Source of the DNA: an uncultured virus (IMG/VR IMGVR_UViG_3300027752_001031)
Lineage: Duplodnaviria; Heunggongvirae; Uroviricota; Caudoviricetes
Virus record (IMG/VR): IMGVR_UViG_3300027752_001031
Length of the DNA stretch: 64,000 nucleotides
Strand: one strand, 5' to 3'
Shown: piece by piece, positions 1 to 11,659 of the stretch
Layout of the letters: every line of letters begins with the position of its first letter
How positions within the stretch are numbered: the stretch's first letter is position 1
Made by a program: the position numbers and the translations under genes
The notes under the pieces: model-generated
What the model was told of the DNA's origin: nothing
Databases searched by the model: none
What the model saw: only the letters and a program-made list of their open reading frames with translations

Positions 1-2125
1 TCTTTACTTCTTTCGCCTCAAGTGGTTGCTTAAGTTCTACGGCTACCTTGCCTTCTTCCTTAGCCTCCGCTTCTACTTTTAGCTTGGCGTCTAGCTCGGC
101 CTTTATTCTTGCATCTTCTTCAGCCTTAGCTAATGCATCTGCCTTTGCTTTTGCATCAGCGGTGGCTTTAGCTTTAGCGTCTGCTTCTGCCTTTGCCAGT
201 GCAATTCTGTCTGCTTCTGCCTTAGCTGCTGCGTCTGCTTTGACTTTTGCTTCTGCGTCTGCCTTGGCTTTTGCTTGTACAACTGCTAGAGCTGCGGCTG
301 CATCTGCTTTGGCCTTGGCTACCGCCTCAAGCCTAGCCACTTCTTCTGCTGCTGCTTTTTCTGCAGCAATTCTATCTGCCTCTGCCTTGGCATCAGCGAT
401 TGCCTTCTGTCTAGCGGCCTCTTCTTCTGCAGCCTTAGCGGCTGCTACCCTATCCTCTTCAGCTTTTATAGCTGCTTGCCTAGCTGCCTCTGCATCTGCA
501 GCTGCTTGTGCTGCTGCCTGCCTGTCTGCTTCTGCCTGGGCTGCGGCCTGTCTATCTGCCTCGGCTTGATCTGCCGCTGCCTGATCTGCTGCCGCTTGGT
601 CTTCTGCAGCCTTCTTGTCTGCTGCTGCTTGTTCTTCTGCAGCTTGGTCTTCTGCTGCTTGTTGATCCGCTGCCGCTTGGTCTGCGGCTGCTTGGTCTGC
701 TGCTGCCTGTTCTTCTGCAGCTAACCTGTCTGCTTCGGCCTGGGCTAGCTCTTCTTCGGAAGGTCCAGTAACTGAAACCATTATGTTTGTTACTGGCTCT
801 GACCATACATAAATCCTATTGTCATTGTCATCTGCACGAATCTTAAATAGGTACTCAGTATCAAATCCGCCAGTATTCTCAAAGTTTGAGGCTGAGATAG
901 TGCCATAGGTATTTGTGGTTGTGATTGCCCATCCAGAATCTGCAGTGTTCCAGGCTATTACGTAGTAGTTAAGATATGCAGTCTCATTAACTACTGATGC
1001 GTCCCAAGTTAGACTTACGGATCCATCCTGATTAACAGTTACAGAAAGATTAGTTGGTGCAGATATTGATGGCTCTGGTGGTGGTGGGACACTAGATGTA
1101 TTGTTTATAGCGTAATACTCTGCACCCTCACGTGCGTCTAAGCCGTCGGTAAATGCAGAGGAACCTTCGCTTGAATATATAAATGTTCCAGCCTCATCCC
1201 AAATGTTATTGGATACACTAGAACCAACCTGTGTATAGATGTTGTTGTGCCTAGCATTAAGACTAATTGCCGTTGTATTGTCAGCAAAGGTGTTTCCCGT
1301 TATGATTGTGTTTATGTATGGTGAGGACAAATATCCAGGGAAGTTGGGCCAATAAGATGAAACATTAACACCAACGCTGTTGCCACTAAATGTGGAGTTA
1401 ACTACCCTATGCTTATTAAGACCACGCATTAAGAATGCTGTGCTGTTATTGTTAAAGGCAGAGCTGTCTATTAGTATTGTTCTTTCACCGTATACCGCTG
1501 TGTTGTTGTTTTCAAAGAGTGAATTAGAGACGTGAATTCTGTTGTCGTAGGCGTTGTCATCTTCAGATGGGGTAGTTGGGGTGCCACCATGATTAGAGAA
1601 TAGTGCGGTGGTGTTTCCTGTGAACGTTCCATAGTTTATGTATATGTATGACCCACCTTCTTTCGTAGCAATGGCTGTTGTACTTGATGTAACCGTAACG
1701 TTATTAACGTATACTGTTCCCCTTACCAGCCAAATAGCAGATCCTGACTGCCCACTAGAATTGTACATGTTGCTAAAAGTTAAGCCACCTATGGTCATGT
1801 TCTTGCCCTGAAGAACCAATCCCGAATATAGATCTCCTCCGTCGATGGTTAGTGCTGCTTCTCCTGGCCCCTCTATGGTAACATTACGGGTAATCCCTGG
1901 TAAACTAGATGCTAAGTTTATTGTACCGCTAACTCCAAAGGTAATCTTGTCAAATGTAAGTCCAGCGTTTGATTCTGCAATGGCCCACCTAAGAGTACCA
2001 TCTGTTCCATCGTCTTCTAGGGATGTTACAACAATACTGTCTACAGCGTGGGCTGGTTCGAGCACGCCAAATATAGGCAAGAATGCCAATGAAAGTGCTG
2101 CAACAGCACGGAGTGACGTTTTAAT
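1..2125 (-). CDS. Secreted/surface protein: signal peptide, parallel beta-helix (pectin-lyase-like) region, fibronectin type III domain, Ala/Glu/Gln-rich coiled-coil repeats; 3' end runs off the window
   Basis: Absent from the ORF track because it has no stop in the window. Hand translation in one frame, checked at 2125-1960, 860-740 and 100-1: IKTSLRAVAALSLAFLPIFGVLEPAHA-VDSIVVTSLEDDGTDGTLRWAI...YLFKIRADDNDNRIYVWSEP...QAAADQ repeats...KEEGKVAVELKQPLEAKEVK. AGGAGG at 2136-2131; probable ATT start. Confidence 0.8.
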   Translation of the reverse strand, partial: MKTSLRAVAALSLAFLPIFGVLEPAHAVDSIVVTSLEDDGTDGTLRWAIAESNAGLTFDKITFGVSGTINLASSLPGITRNVTIEGPGEAALTIDGGDLYSGLVLQGKNMTIGGLTFSNMYNSSGQSGSAIWLVRGTVYVNNVTVTSSTTAIATKEGGSYIYINYGTFTGNTTALFSNHGGTPTTPSEDDNAYDNRIHVSNSLFENNNTAVYGERTILIDSSAFNNNSTAFLMRGLNKHRVVNSTFSGNSVGVNVSSYWPNFPGYLSSPYINTIITGNTFADNTTAISLNARHNNIYTQVGSSVSNNIWDEAGTFIYSSEGSSAFTDGLDAREGAEYYAINNTSSVPPPPEPSISAPTNLSVTVNQDGSVSLTWDASVVNETAYLNYYVIAWNTADSGWAITTTNTYGTISASNFENTGGFDTEYLFKIRADDNDNRIYVWSEPVTNIMVSVTGPSEEELAQAEADRLAAEEQAAADQAAADQAAADQQAAEDQAAEEQAAADKKAAEDQAAADQAAADQAEADRQAAAQAEADRQAAAQAAADAEAARQAAIKAEEDRVAAAKAAEEEAARQKAIADAKAEADRIAAEKAAAEEVARLEAVAKAKADAAAALAVVQAKAKADAEAKVKADAAAKAEADRIALAKAEADAKAKATADAKAKADALAKAEEDARIKAELDAKLKVEAEAKEEGKVAVELKQPLEAKEVK
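50..745. repeat. Coding low-complexity tandem repeats (QAAADQ / EAARxA-type units)
   Basis: Repeated 15-18 bp units such as cttggtctgctgctg at about 565-720; these generate the spurious Cys/Ala/Leu-rich antisense ORFs. Confidence 0.8.
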
Positions 2126-2167
2126 TTCATCCTCCTAGTATGGGGTAGCTGGAAGTGTCCTTATACT

Positions 2168-2176
2168 ATTATACTA
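2168..2176 (-). promoter_or_regulatory. -10 box (TAGTATAAT) for the secreted protein gene
   Basis: TATAAT between the nrdF terminator and the AGGAGG RBS. Confidence 0.55.
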
Positions 2177-2189
2177 GGGTTTATGTATT

Positions 2190-2222
2190 AAAAAGGGGGA
2201 CACAGCCTAAGCCATGCCCCCC
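2190..2222 (-). terminator. Intrinsic terminator after nrdF
   Basis: Minus strand GGGGGGCATGGC-TTAG-GCTGTGTCCCCC-TTTTT, 12-bp stem with G-U pairs. Confidence 0.85.
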
Positions 2223-2242
2223 TCTTTCTTCAACTTATTTAA

Positions 2243-5293
<3,051 letters not shown>

Positions 5294-5307
<14 letters not shown>

Positions 5308-5701
5308 ATAGTAGTTTCAACCGTCCTTTAACTCGTTCTACATCTTCTGGTGTTCCAAATATCTCTACCTTGGCAATTACTGGAACACCTGTTTTACGGG
5401 AGACCAGGTCTGCCGCCTTGCAAAAGTGCTCACCAAAGTTGGTGTTTCCAAACCCTACTACACCACGTAGCAAAGCTCTATTTTCAGGTACGTTTAGAAA
5501 ACGTCGAACCTGTCTGGGGATTGCAGACTTTTCACTACCCCCACCATAAGTAGGTACAAAAAGTACATACTCGTTACCCACAAAGCGCTGCCCAATATCG
5601 CTATCCCTAATAGGAATCCGAATACAATTTCCATCTAACTTCTCCACAAATCTCTTAGTATTGCCAGAATGATTCGAGAAGTAAACAATATCTATGGACA
5701 T
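5294..5701 (-). CDS. nrdI: Flavodoxin-like NrdI
   Basis: [35 protein letters not shown]; directly upstream of nrdE. Confidence 0.95.
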
Positions 5702-5721
5702 TAATTATACCTCTCTTTGTT

Positions 5722-7503
5722 CTAGATTGTCTTAAACTGCCCCAAATATTCATCAATTTCTTTTTGAGGTGGTCTATAGTTTATCACATTGTTTGGCATA
5801 TCCGCAACCTCTTGTTGGGTTTTTGGCCTATCCCTAAATGTATGAATATCAATCTCCTGGTTAGTGTTTCTTGGAGTATGAGAAATGGCTCCATAGATAG
5901 AACCACAAACAGCGTCAGCAAGGTCTTTGGACGACTTTCTGGGGTGGTCCACTCTGTTGCCCTTCATGATCTTGAGCTCGGTTAGTTCCTCAAACAATAG
6001 GTCAATTGTCGGCATCACAAGACGCTCTTCATAGATAAGCATAGCCATGTCCTCGTAGTGCTTCTTTGCAACAGATACCGTTTCGGTTCTCATGCCCACA
6101 GCCTTTAGCTCATTCTGAATGTCAAACGACTGCCAGCGATCAAAGGAGACCATTCCAATGTTAAACCCAATTCTACGCAAGTTTTGAATCCACTGCTTAA
6201 CCTCTGAGAGATCCACTGGCCCTTCAACCTTAGGCTCCCACCAAGCGACTGCATCAACAACCACTATGGGAGCAACCTGCTCATAATCTTTTATAACCTG
6301 AATGTTTACCCACTTATCTACGTGGGCTATTGCAACAGCACACTTGTCGTGTCGTTGGGCAAGGTCAGCGTGTACGTAGTAAATCTTATCTGGATCTGGG
6401 GTAAACGTTTCTTCAAATCTTCTAAAGGTGTCTAGTGGGTTTCTAATGCTCATGGCATTCTGGACCTTGTCCCTTTGCTTAAAGAAGGCGTCAGACGAGA
6501 ATGTTGGAACGCACGCAAAGCGCTGCATGGCATCTCCAATGTCCGTATAGAAAGCTAGCTTAAAGTCGTCAACCTTACGAGTAGGGTTTACCACCCAAGT
6601 GGGTCTCTTTAGAGCAAACATTCCTGGGAACTTGTAATTAAGAATGGTGTCTTCGTCCCAGCTAATCTCTAAGCTATTTCCGATAGCATCTTCTGGAAGA
6701 TCTGGGTTCATTATAAACTTATGGGTCTTTGTGATTACTTCTTTGTCTGCTATTACGTCATCGTACCGCTGAGATATAAAGTCTCCTGGAAAACGCGGGA
6801 AGGATAGTAGAGCTACCTTGCCTAGGTCGGGGAAACGAGAATCTACAGAGGCACGAAAGGCTTTGTAGATATTGTCGGCGGTCTTGCCTTGGTCGTTTCC
6901 AGTATTAACTTCTTGAGCAAAGCCAGAGATCTCATCCAGTACTGCTAGGATTAGGTTTAGGCCCTCGTGTGACTCACGCTCAGAGTGACCAGAGTAAACT
7001 GTTATTGAATGATCGAACTCAATGCTGTCTGCCTTTGCGTAATACTTTCCCTGAAACCACGGGGATCTTTCAATCTTTGACTTAAAGCCTTTAAAGAAAA
7101 CATTCTTAGCCTGCTGTGCGTTAATAGCAACGTTAATAATGTCGATAGCATCGCCAGGTGGCTTGCCGAAGTATCTAGCTGGGTCCTTTAGGCACAGAAG
7201 CTTGTAAACAATGTAGCTGCAGGCTACAGTGGATGTAAAGTCTTTACCGCTACCCTTGCCAAGCTGTAGGATTATCTCATTTTTAGTATACTTCTTAAAA
7301 TATCTAGAACCTTCCACAGAGCCCATTAGCCGAATTAGGTCGGCCTCCCTGTATATCTGGCTCATGGCCTCTACGATATCGTACTGAACATCGGATAGGG
7401 GTGGTTGGCCCAGATAGTCTTCGCCTTCTACAAATGTTTTAGCATCGACTGGTATCTCTGCAAAAGGAGTGTCCTCTAGTGCCTCTAAGAAATCATCAAA
7501 CAT
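5722..7503 (-). CDS. terL: Terminase large subunit
   Basis: Walker A GKGSGKD, Walker B AVLDE, RNase H-like nuclease HADLA...SFDRWQS...KDLADAV. Confidence 0.92.
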   Translation of the reverse strand: MFDDFLEALEDTPFAEIPVDAKTFVEGEDYLGQPPLSDVQYDIVEAMSQIYREADLIRLMGSVEGSRYFKKYTKNEIILQLGKGSGKDFTSTVACSYIVYKLLCLKDPARYFGKPPGDAIDIINVAINAQQAKNVFFKGFKSKIERSPWFQGKYYAKADSIEFDHSITVYSGHSERESHEGLNLILAVLDEISGFAQEVNTGNDQGKTADNIYKAFRASVDSRFPDLGKVALLSFPRFPGDFISQRYDDVIADKEVITKTHKFIMNPDLPEDAIGNSLEISWDEDTILNYKFPGMFALKRPTWVVNPTRKVDDFKLAFYTDIGDAMQRFACVPTFSSDAFFKQRDKVQNAMSIRNPLDTFRRFEETFTPDPDKIYYVHADLAQRHDKCAVAIAHVDKWVNIQVIKDYEQVAPIVVVDAVAWWEPKVEGPVDLSEVKQWIQNLRRIGFNIGMVSFDRWQSFDIQNELKAVGMRTETVSVAKKHYEDMAMLIYEERLVMPTIDLLFEELTELKIMKGNRVDHPRKSSKDLADAVCGSIYGAISHTPRNTNQEIDIHTFRDRPKTQQEVADMPNNVINYRPPQKEIDEYLGQFKTI

Positions 7504-8036
7504 TATTCACCACTTACGATTGTAACGGTTTCCCCTGGCTTAGTAGCAGAAGAAAGCCTGCGTAGAATCTCATCACGTATCTCTGGGTGCTCAGAGGCAA
7601 TGTCTTTTAGGATACCTATCAACGTATCCTGTCGGTCTTCGATTGCCATCATCTCTTCTGCAAGCTCTTTGTTCTCTAGAAGACCAGCCTTCTGAAGCAT
7701 ATCAATTCTAGTTCGTTCTAGGTCCATTACCAACTTAATGCCAGAAGTCTTTGCATTTAGGTTTGAGGTGGTGGTAGCCTCATCTATTACTTCATAAGCT
7801 TTTTGTATTAGCTTGCTGTAGTGTGTGTCTGCACCTACTAGTGCTTCCTTGGCTCTTGCACGGATGGCAGCATTATCAGATGCCATTGCTCGCCACTCAT
7901 TGATGTATGATACGACCTTCTGCCTAGGAAGGGATAGCTCCTTAGAAATCTGGGTTTCTGGTGTTCCAGCTAGATACTTTTCGACAACCTTGTTTACGAC
8001 ATCTAGGTGCTCAACTGTTAAGTCTTCAAACGACAC
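7503..8036 (-). CDS. Probable terminase small subunit (N-terminal HTH)
   Basis: HTH-like ETQISKELSLPRQKV then helical region; abuts terL; GTG start at 8036 preferred over the track start. Confidence 0.6.
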   Translation of the reverse strand: MSFEDLTVEHLDVVNKVVEKYLAGTPETQISKELSLPRQKVVSYINEWRAMASDNAAIRARAKEALVGADTHYSKLIQKAYEVIDEATTTSNLNAKTSGIKLVMDLERTRIDMLQKAGLLENKELAEEMMAIEDRQDTLIGILKDIASEHPEIRDEILRRLSSATKPGETVTIVSGE

Positions 8037-8310
8037 GCTTGGCCCTCTTTCCCTTTTGTGGGATTCTCTTAATGCGGTCTTCCTTGAATGCACGGAATTG
8101 CTGAGCCTTACCCCTGAAAATTTCAAAGCAGTCTACCCAATAAGATCCTGTTAGCTCATTAGTAGTTATGCCTACAAACTTAAACTTAGTTCCATACTCG
8201 CCCTTGACCTTTATAATATCTCCAGCCTCAATGCTGAAGCCATTGACTTCCATGTAAGGAACTGTCACAAAGTGACTAGGGGCTATCACTACTTTTTTAC
8301 GCCTGGACAT
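8026..8310 (-). CDS. Hypothetical phage protein (small SH3-like beta protein)
   Basis: AAGGAG RBS, GDIIKVKGE motif, tight packing. Confidence 0.7.
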   Translation of the reverse strand: MSRRKKVVIAPSHFVTVPYMEVNGFSIEAGDIIKVKGEYGTKFKFVGITTNELTGSYWVDCFEIFRGKAQQFRAFKEDRIKRIPQKGKRAKRVV

Positions 8311-8467
8311 CTGTCTCCTTTATTGCAATTCTTGTTCCGCAATTAATGCATGTTGTGTAAGTATATCCTGTAAACGGACAGGAGGCCTCGTGCGAGTCCG
8401 TGTGCTTGCAGGTAATTCTTTTTACATGATACCCTGCAACCTTTACGAAGTGCTTTAAGATTCTCAT
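8297..8467 (-). CDS. Small Cys/His zinc-binding protein, 56 aa
   Basis: Below the ORF track cut-off: MRILKHFVKVAGYHVKRITCKHTDSHEASCPFTGYTYTTCINCGTRIAIKETDVQA; ATGA overlap with the upstream stop; fills the gap. Confidence 0.75.
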   Translation of the reverse strand: MRILKHFVKVAGYHVKRITCKHTDSHEASCPFTGYTYTTCINCGTRIAIKETDVQA

Positions 8468-8622
8468 CTTCTCGACTTTCTTAGTCCAAACTTAGCCAAA
8501 TAAACATATATGGTCTCTACGCTTGTTCCACATTCTTTTGCTATTTCGGCAGGTGTCTTCTTGTCCACGTGAAATCTTTTCTTTAACCATAACTCTGATG
8601 TATATAGTTTAACAGATGGCAT
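8464..8622 (-). CDS. Small helix-turn-helix DNA-binding protein
   Basis: KTPAEIAKECGTSVETIYVYLAKFG; ATG at 8622 just after the upstream stop. Confidence 0.8.
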   Translation of the reverse strand: MPSVKLYTSELWLKKRFHVDKKTPAEIAKECGTSVETIYVYLAKFGLRKSRR

Positions 8623-8634
8623 ACTACTTGTCAA
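8606..8634 (-). promoter_or_regulatory. Sigma70-like promoter TTGACA-N17-TAAACT with TG extension
   Basis: Consensus -35, 17-bp spacer, TGT-TAAACT; straddles the HTH gene start codon. Confidence 0.5.
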
Positions 8635-9205
8635 CCTTTCCCCAGTTATTGATAGCATAATGACCAACGCCAATGGCATCGGCTATGTCGTTATCGTGAT
8701 TGTTTATATCATAATTGATATTGGTAACACTTATTGTTCTAAGTTTTCTAAACTCTCGCTCATAATTCTTGTACCATGAATCCGACTTGCCTGGAGTGCC
8801 TTCTCTTATCTTAAGCTTTTCATCTTTGGTTAGCTTACCGTTGCCTATAAATGTCTGCCATGCAATTGGATTAATTGAGCCAGCTATCCTGATACCGTTT
8901 TGAGATGCTGCACCAAGCAGTGAACCCTGCACCAATGCAAGGTCAGCTGCTGTCTTTGGGCTATTGAGATATACTGTATGCTCAATAACTATTGCATCAA
9001 CATCTTTCTTTATCTTATCAAAGAAGGACACGCATTTACGAGCAGAGTCGGATACCTTGTTGTAGGTATTTGAACCAGAGAAATTTATCTTTCCAAAAGA
9101 GTGTAGCTTCTCTCCATGAAAGATGGCAAAAGCTAAGCTATTGGTGCTAGCATCAATAGAGCATATCTTTTCTGGTCGGGGGTTAATCTTCGAGAGGTTT
9201 ACCAT
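8624..9205 (-). CDS. RuvC-like Holliday junction resolvase
   Basis: CSIDAS...IVIEH...DIADAIG acidic motifs of the RuvC fold. Confidence 0.8.
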   Translation of the reverse strand: MVNLSKINPRPEKICSIDASTNSLAFAIFHGEKLHSFGKINFSGSNTYNKVSDSARKCVSFFDKIKKDVDAIVIEHTVYLNSPKTAADLALVQGSLLGAASQNGIRIAGSINPIAWQTFIGNGKLTKDEKLKIREGTPGKSDSWYKNYEREFRKLRTISVTNINYDINNHDNDIADAIGVGHYAINNWGKVDK

Positions 9206-9482
9206 TAGACAATCCCTTAATGTCCTTTATAGCTCTAGACACCTCTTTTGGGTCTACCAGGCAATTTTGACACAGCGTTTCATCATTATAGGCAGACAGC
9301 TTGGATCCGCAAGAGTTGCAACGCCTATCCTTTGTCTGAAGCTTGCGTCGCCTTTTAATGGCGTATTTCTCTGCAATCTTCTCTTTAGTGGCACCTTCTC
9401 GACACTCGGCTGAGCAATATATCTGATAGGATATGCTTGTTTCAAAACCTTGGTCACACCATTTACAATGCTTGTTCTTCAT
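9183..9482 (-). CDS. Zinc-finger protein
   Basis: CxxC...YCSxxC and CxxC...CxxC pairs. Confidence 0.7.
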   Translation of the reverse strand: MKNKHCKWCDQGFETSISYQIYCSAECREGATKEKIAEKYAIKRRRKLQTKDRRCNSCGSKLSAYNDETLCQNCLVDPKEVSRAIKDIKGLSNGKPLED

Positions 9483-10257
9483 CTATTGGCTCCAGAGATA
9501 GTATCTTTACGTCTCCCTTGCCAGCCAAATCACAAGTTGCCCTTAGTGGGCATGTCTTGCAAATCTTAGAGTTAGACCTGTAGTTTTTCTCAGGCAGGGT
9601 CCTGTCGACCCAAGCCTTTCTTACTGTCCTCATCCAATCAAATGTCTGGTTTACCCACCGTTCATAATAATCGTTGATCTCTACTGGTATAATCAGTAGT
9701 TCGTGATTGTTTTTGTTTTCATAAATAAGAACAGCTTGCTTCTTATTTAGAATCTTCATATAAATAAGTAACTGGATTATGTGATACTTTGCTGGCTTGC
9801 CTGCAGCCTTGCGGTACTCAAATGCTTCCATTGGCATTGTCTTGATCTCACCAAGAAGATCCTGGCCTTCCCAGTTTAAGATGACATCGCCGTACCCCAT
9901 AATTGGGGGGTCCTCGCTTGTAATCTTAAATTCTGAGTCAACTAGGAAATCGTCTACGTTACCCATAGCTTCCTGGATACGCTCGTGAGCCTTAGTTCCT
10001 GCGTTCATATTGGCTCCGCCATATGCATCCGCATTGTCTTCAAAGGTTGCACCGTCAAACGCCAAGTACCAGTACCTGGGGCATTCCCCATGACTATAAG
10101 CGACTGTGCTTGGAGCAAAGGACTTCTTCTGCTGGTGCCTTGCCACACGCTTAACGGTATAGCCAGTCCTAATCTTTTCTATCAGCTGGTCTGTGTCTAG
10201 AAAAGACTTCTTTTTTACTGACTTTAGCATTATTTCGCTTAATAGACTTTTTGCCAT
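9463..10257 (-). CDS. Cas4-like PD-(D/E)XK exonuclease (solo, no CRISPR context)
   Basis: CPRYWY, GTKAH, D...EIKT, Q..IY, C-terminal CxxCxxxxxC Fe-S motif. Confidence 0.85.
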   Translation of the reverse strand: MAKSLLSEIMLKSVKKKSFLDTDQLIEKIRTGYTVKRVARHQQKKSFAPSTVAYSHGECPRYWYLAFDGATFEDNADAYGGANMNAGTKAHERIQEAMGNVDDFLVDSEFKITSEDPPIMGYGDVILNWEGQDLLGEIKTMPMEAFEYRKAAGKPAKYHIIQLLIYMKILNKKQAVLIYENKNNHELLIIPVEINDYYERWVNQTFDWMRTVRKAWVDRTLPEKNYRSNSKICKTCPLRATCDLAGKGDVKILSLEPIDEEQAL

Positions 10258-10263
10258 ATTATA

Positions 10264-10581
10264 TTAACGAGTGATGTATTTAAGAGCTGCTACTAAGTCT
10301 TTAATTGACTCAGCTGCAGTGTAATAAATATTCTTTCTCGCCCTATCTCCCTTATCTACGTTTGTCATCCAAGTTGCCTTAAAGGACATCTTGGCGGCAA
10401 TTGCTTGCAATCGAACAATCTCAAGAGTTGCTACCTGAATTGGAATGTCTGGCCTTACGATAAGCTTTGCAATCATAGTTAATGCCTGCGTAAGCTCTTC
10501 GTCCTGCATGAAATCTGAGATCTCTGCAAGACCATTTACCATCTCTAGTGTTGTCTTCTCTTCTTTTACTTCTTGTTCCAT
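10264..10581 (-). CDS. Hypothetical helical protein
   Basis: ORF with ATG 6 nt after TGGTATAAT. Confidence 0.7.
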   Translation of the reverse strand: MEQEVKEEKTTLEMVNGLAEISDFMQDEELTQALTMIAKLIVRPDIPIQVATLEIVRLQAIAAKMSFKATWMTNVDKGDRARKNIYYTAAESIKDLVAALKYITR

Positions 10582-10587
10582 CACTAT

Positions 10588-10596
10588 ATTATACCA
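10588..10596 (-). promoter_or_regulatory. Extended -10 promoter TGGTATAAT, leaderless
   Basis: 6 nt to ATG at 10581. Confidence 0.65.
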
Positions 10597-11200
10597 CGAA
10601 CTCGCCGTTTACAATACTTTGCCTGTCCTTGCTACTAACGCTGGCCTTGCCAACAAACCATGGTAGCAGTACATCGTAGAGGTCAATGAGTAGATTGACG
10701 TCTTGAATCTGGTACTTCTTCATCTCTACCCAAGCCTTTGGGTCGCCCTCCATACACCTAATCCACAGCTTGAATCCAGAGTGCTTGACCTTAGAGCCAA
10801 CCCCAAGTGTCTGTGCTACATAGTCTAGCTTGTTAGATGGGAACCTAAAGTTAGCCTTAACAATAGTCATTAGGTCTAGGTCTTTGGTTGGAGTTGATGG
10901 TGGCAGCATGCCGTTTTCCAGGAACTCTCGGTTGATGTGCTTGTGGTCAAACGCTGCTGAGTTCCAGCCTACAAGGACATCTGCCTCTTCCATTAGCTTG
11001 TGTAGCTCTTCTAGCATAGCCTTCTTGCCGTCATGGTGTACTGACTTAAAGATGACCTTCTTGCTAGTACCCCACCTTGCACCAAAGCAAAGCATTTCTG
11101 TTGGTTCAATGATCTGGTCTATACTAACGTTCTGATCCCACAGTCCCCAGACATAAGCCTTGATTGGTGTAGTCTCAATATCTAAATATAGTGTCTTCAT
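10589..11200 (-). CDS. DnaQ-like / RNase H-fold 3'-5' exonuclease
   Basis: YLDIET (ExoI), GWNSAAFD (ExoII), YQIQDV (ExoIII). Confidence 0.85.
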   Translation of the reverse strand: MKTLYLDIETTPIKAYVWGLWDQNVSIDQIIEPTEMLCFGARWGTSKKVIFKSVHHDGKKAMLEELHKLMEEADVLVGWNSAAFDHKHINREFLENGMLPPSTPTKDLDLMTIVKANFRFPSNKLDYVAQTLGVGSKVKHSGFKLWIRCMEGDPKAWVEMKKYQIQDVNLLIDLYDVLLPWFVGKASVSSKDRQSIVNGEFVV

Positions 11201-11490
11201 TATTCTTGGTTTCCCTCTATTAGTTGTTCTAACAAACTCAGTTCGATGATTGCCAGTCTAGTCTTTATGTTGTTTTCTCCAAGCACCACTACGATTGCTG
11301 GATCGTTTTTGTTTTTCATGGCATCGGTAGTGGCTTTTGCCCAGTTATCCTGGTTTACGGTAAACCCCTTAGGATACTCCTTGAAGTCAACAGTAAAGTT
11401 TTTCCAGGTAGCATCGCCCTTTTTTATGCCACGACCGCTATTCTTTATAGCTTTCGCACCAAGACGACTAGTCTCTGATCTCTCGCTCAT
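11200..11490 (-). CDS. Small PD-(D/E)XK nuclease, probable Holliday junction resolvase
   Basis: NSGRG..KGDA...VDFKE pattern of Hjc-like resolvases. Confidence 0.6.
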   Translation of the reverse strand: MSERSETSRLGAKAIKNSGRGIKKGDATWKNFTVDFKEYPKGFTVNQDNWAKATTDAMKNKNDPAIVVVLGENNIKTRLAIIELSLLEQLIEGNQE

Positions 11491-11659
11491 AGTCTTTCTT
11501 TTTCTTTTTTGTGATAACTAAGGATACCATGGATACGTGCTTTTGTCCACACATCCAGGTAACTTCTTTTTTCTCAGGATAGAATCTAATGCTTGGAACA
11601 ACTTCCTTACAAGTATGGCAAGGAAATTTTCCACCGTACAACGAGTATTTATTCGCCAT
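11468..11659 (-). CDS. Small zinc-ribbon protein
   Basis: CHTC...CGQKH; overlaps both neighbours. Confidence 0.65.
   Translation of the reverse strand: MANKYSLYGGKFPCHTCKEVVPSIRFYPEKKEVTWMCGQKHVSMVSLVITKKKKKDYEREIRD

Noticed and set aside
48..806. Cys-, Ala-, Leu- and Ser/Arg-rich ORFs in the track
   Set aside because: Antisense or off-frame shadows of the repeat region of the real minus-strand gene.
9463..10257. CRISPR-Cas system suggested by the Cas4-like gene
   Set aside because: No repeat-spacer array or other cas genes; it sits in a recombination module.
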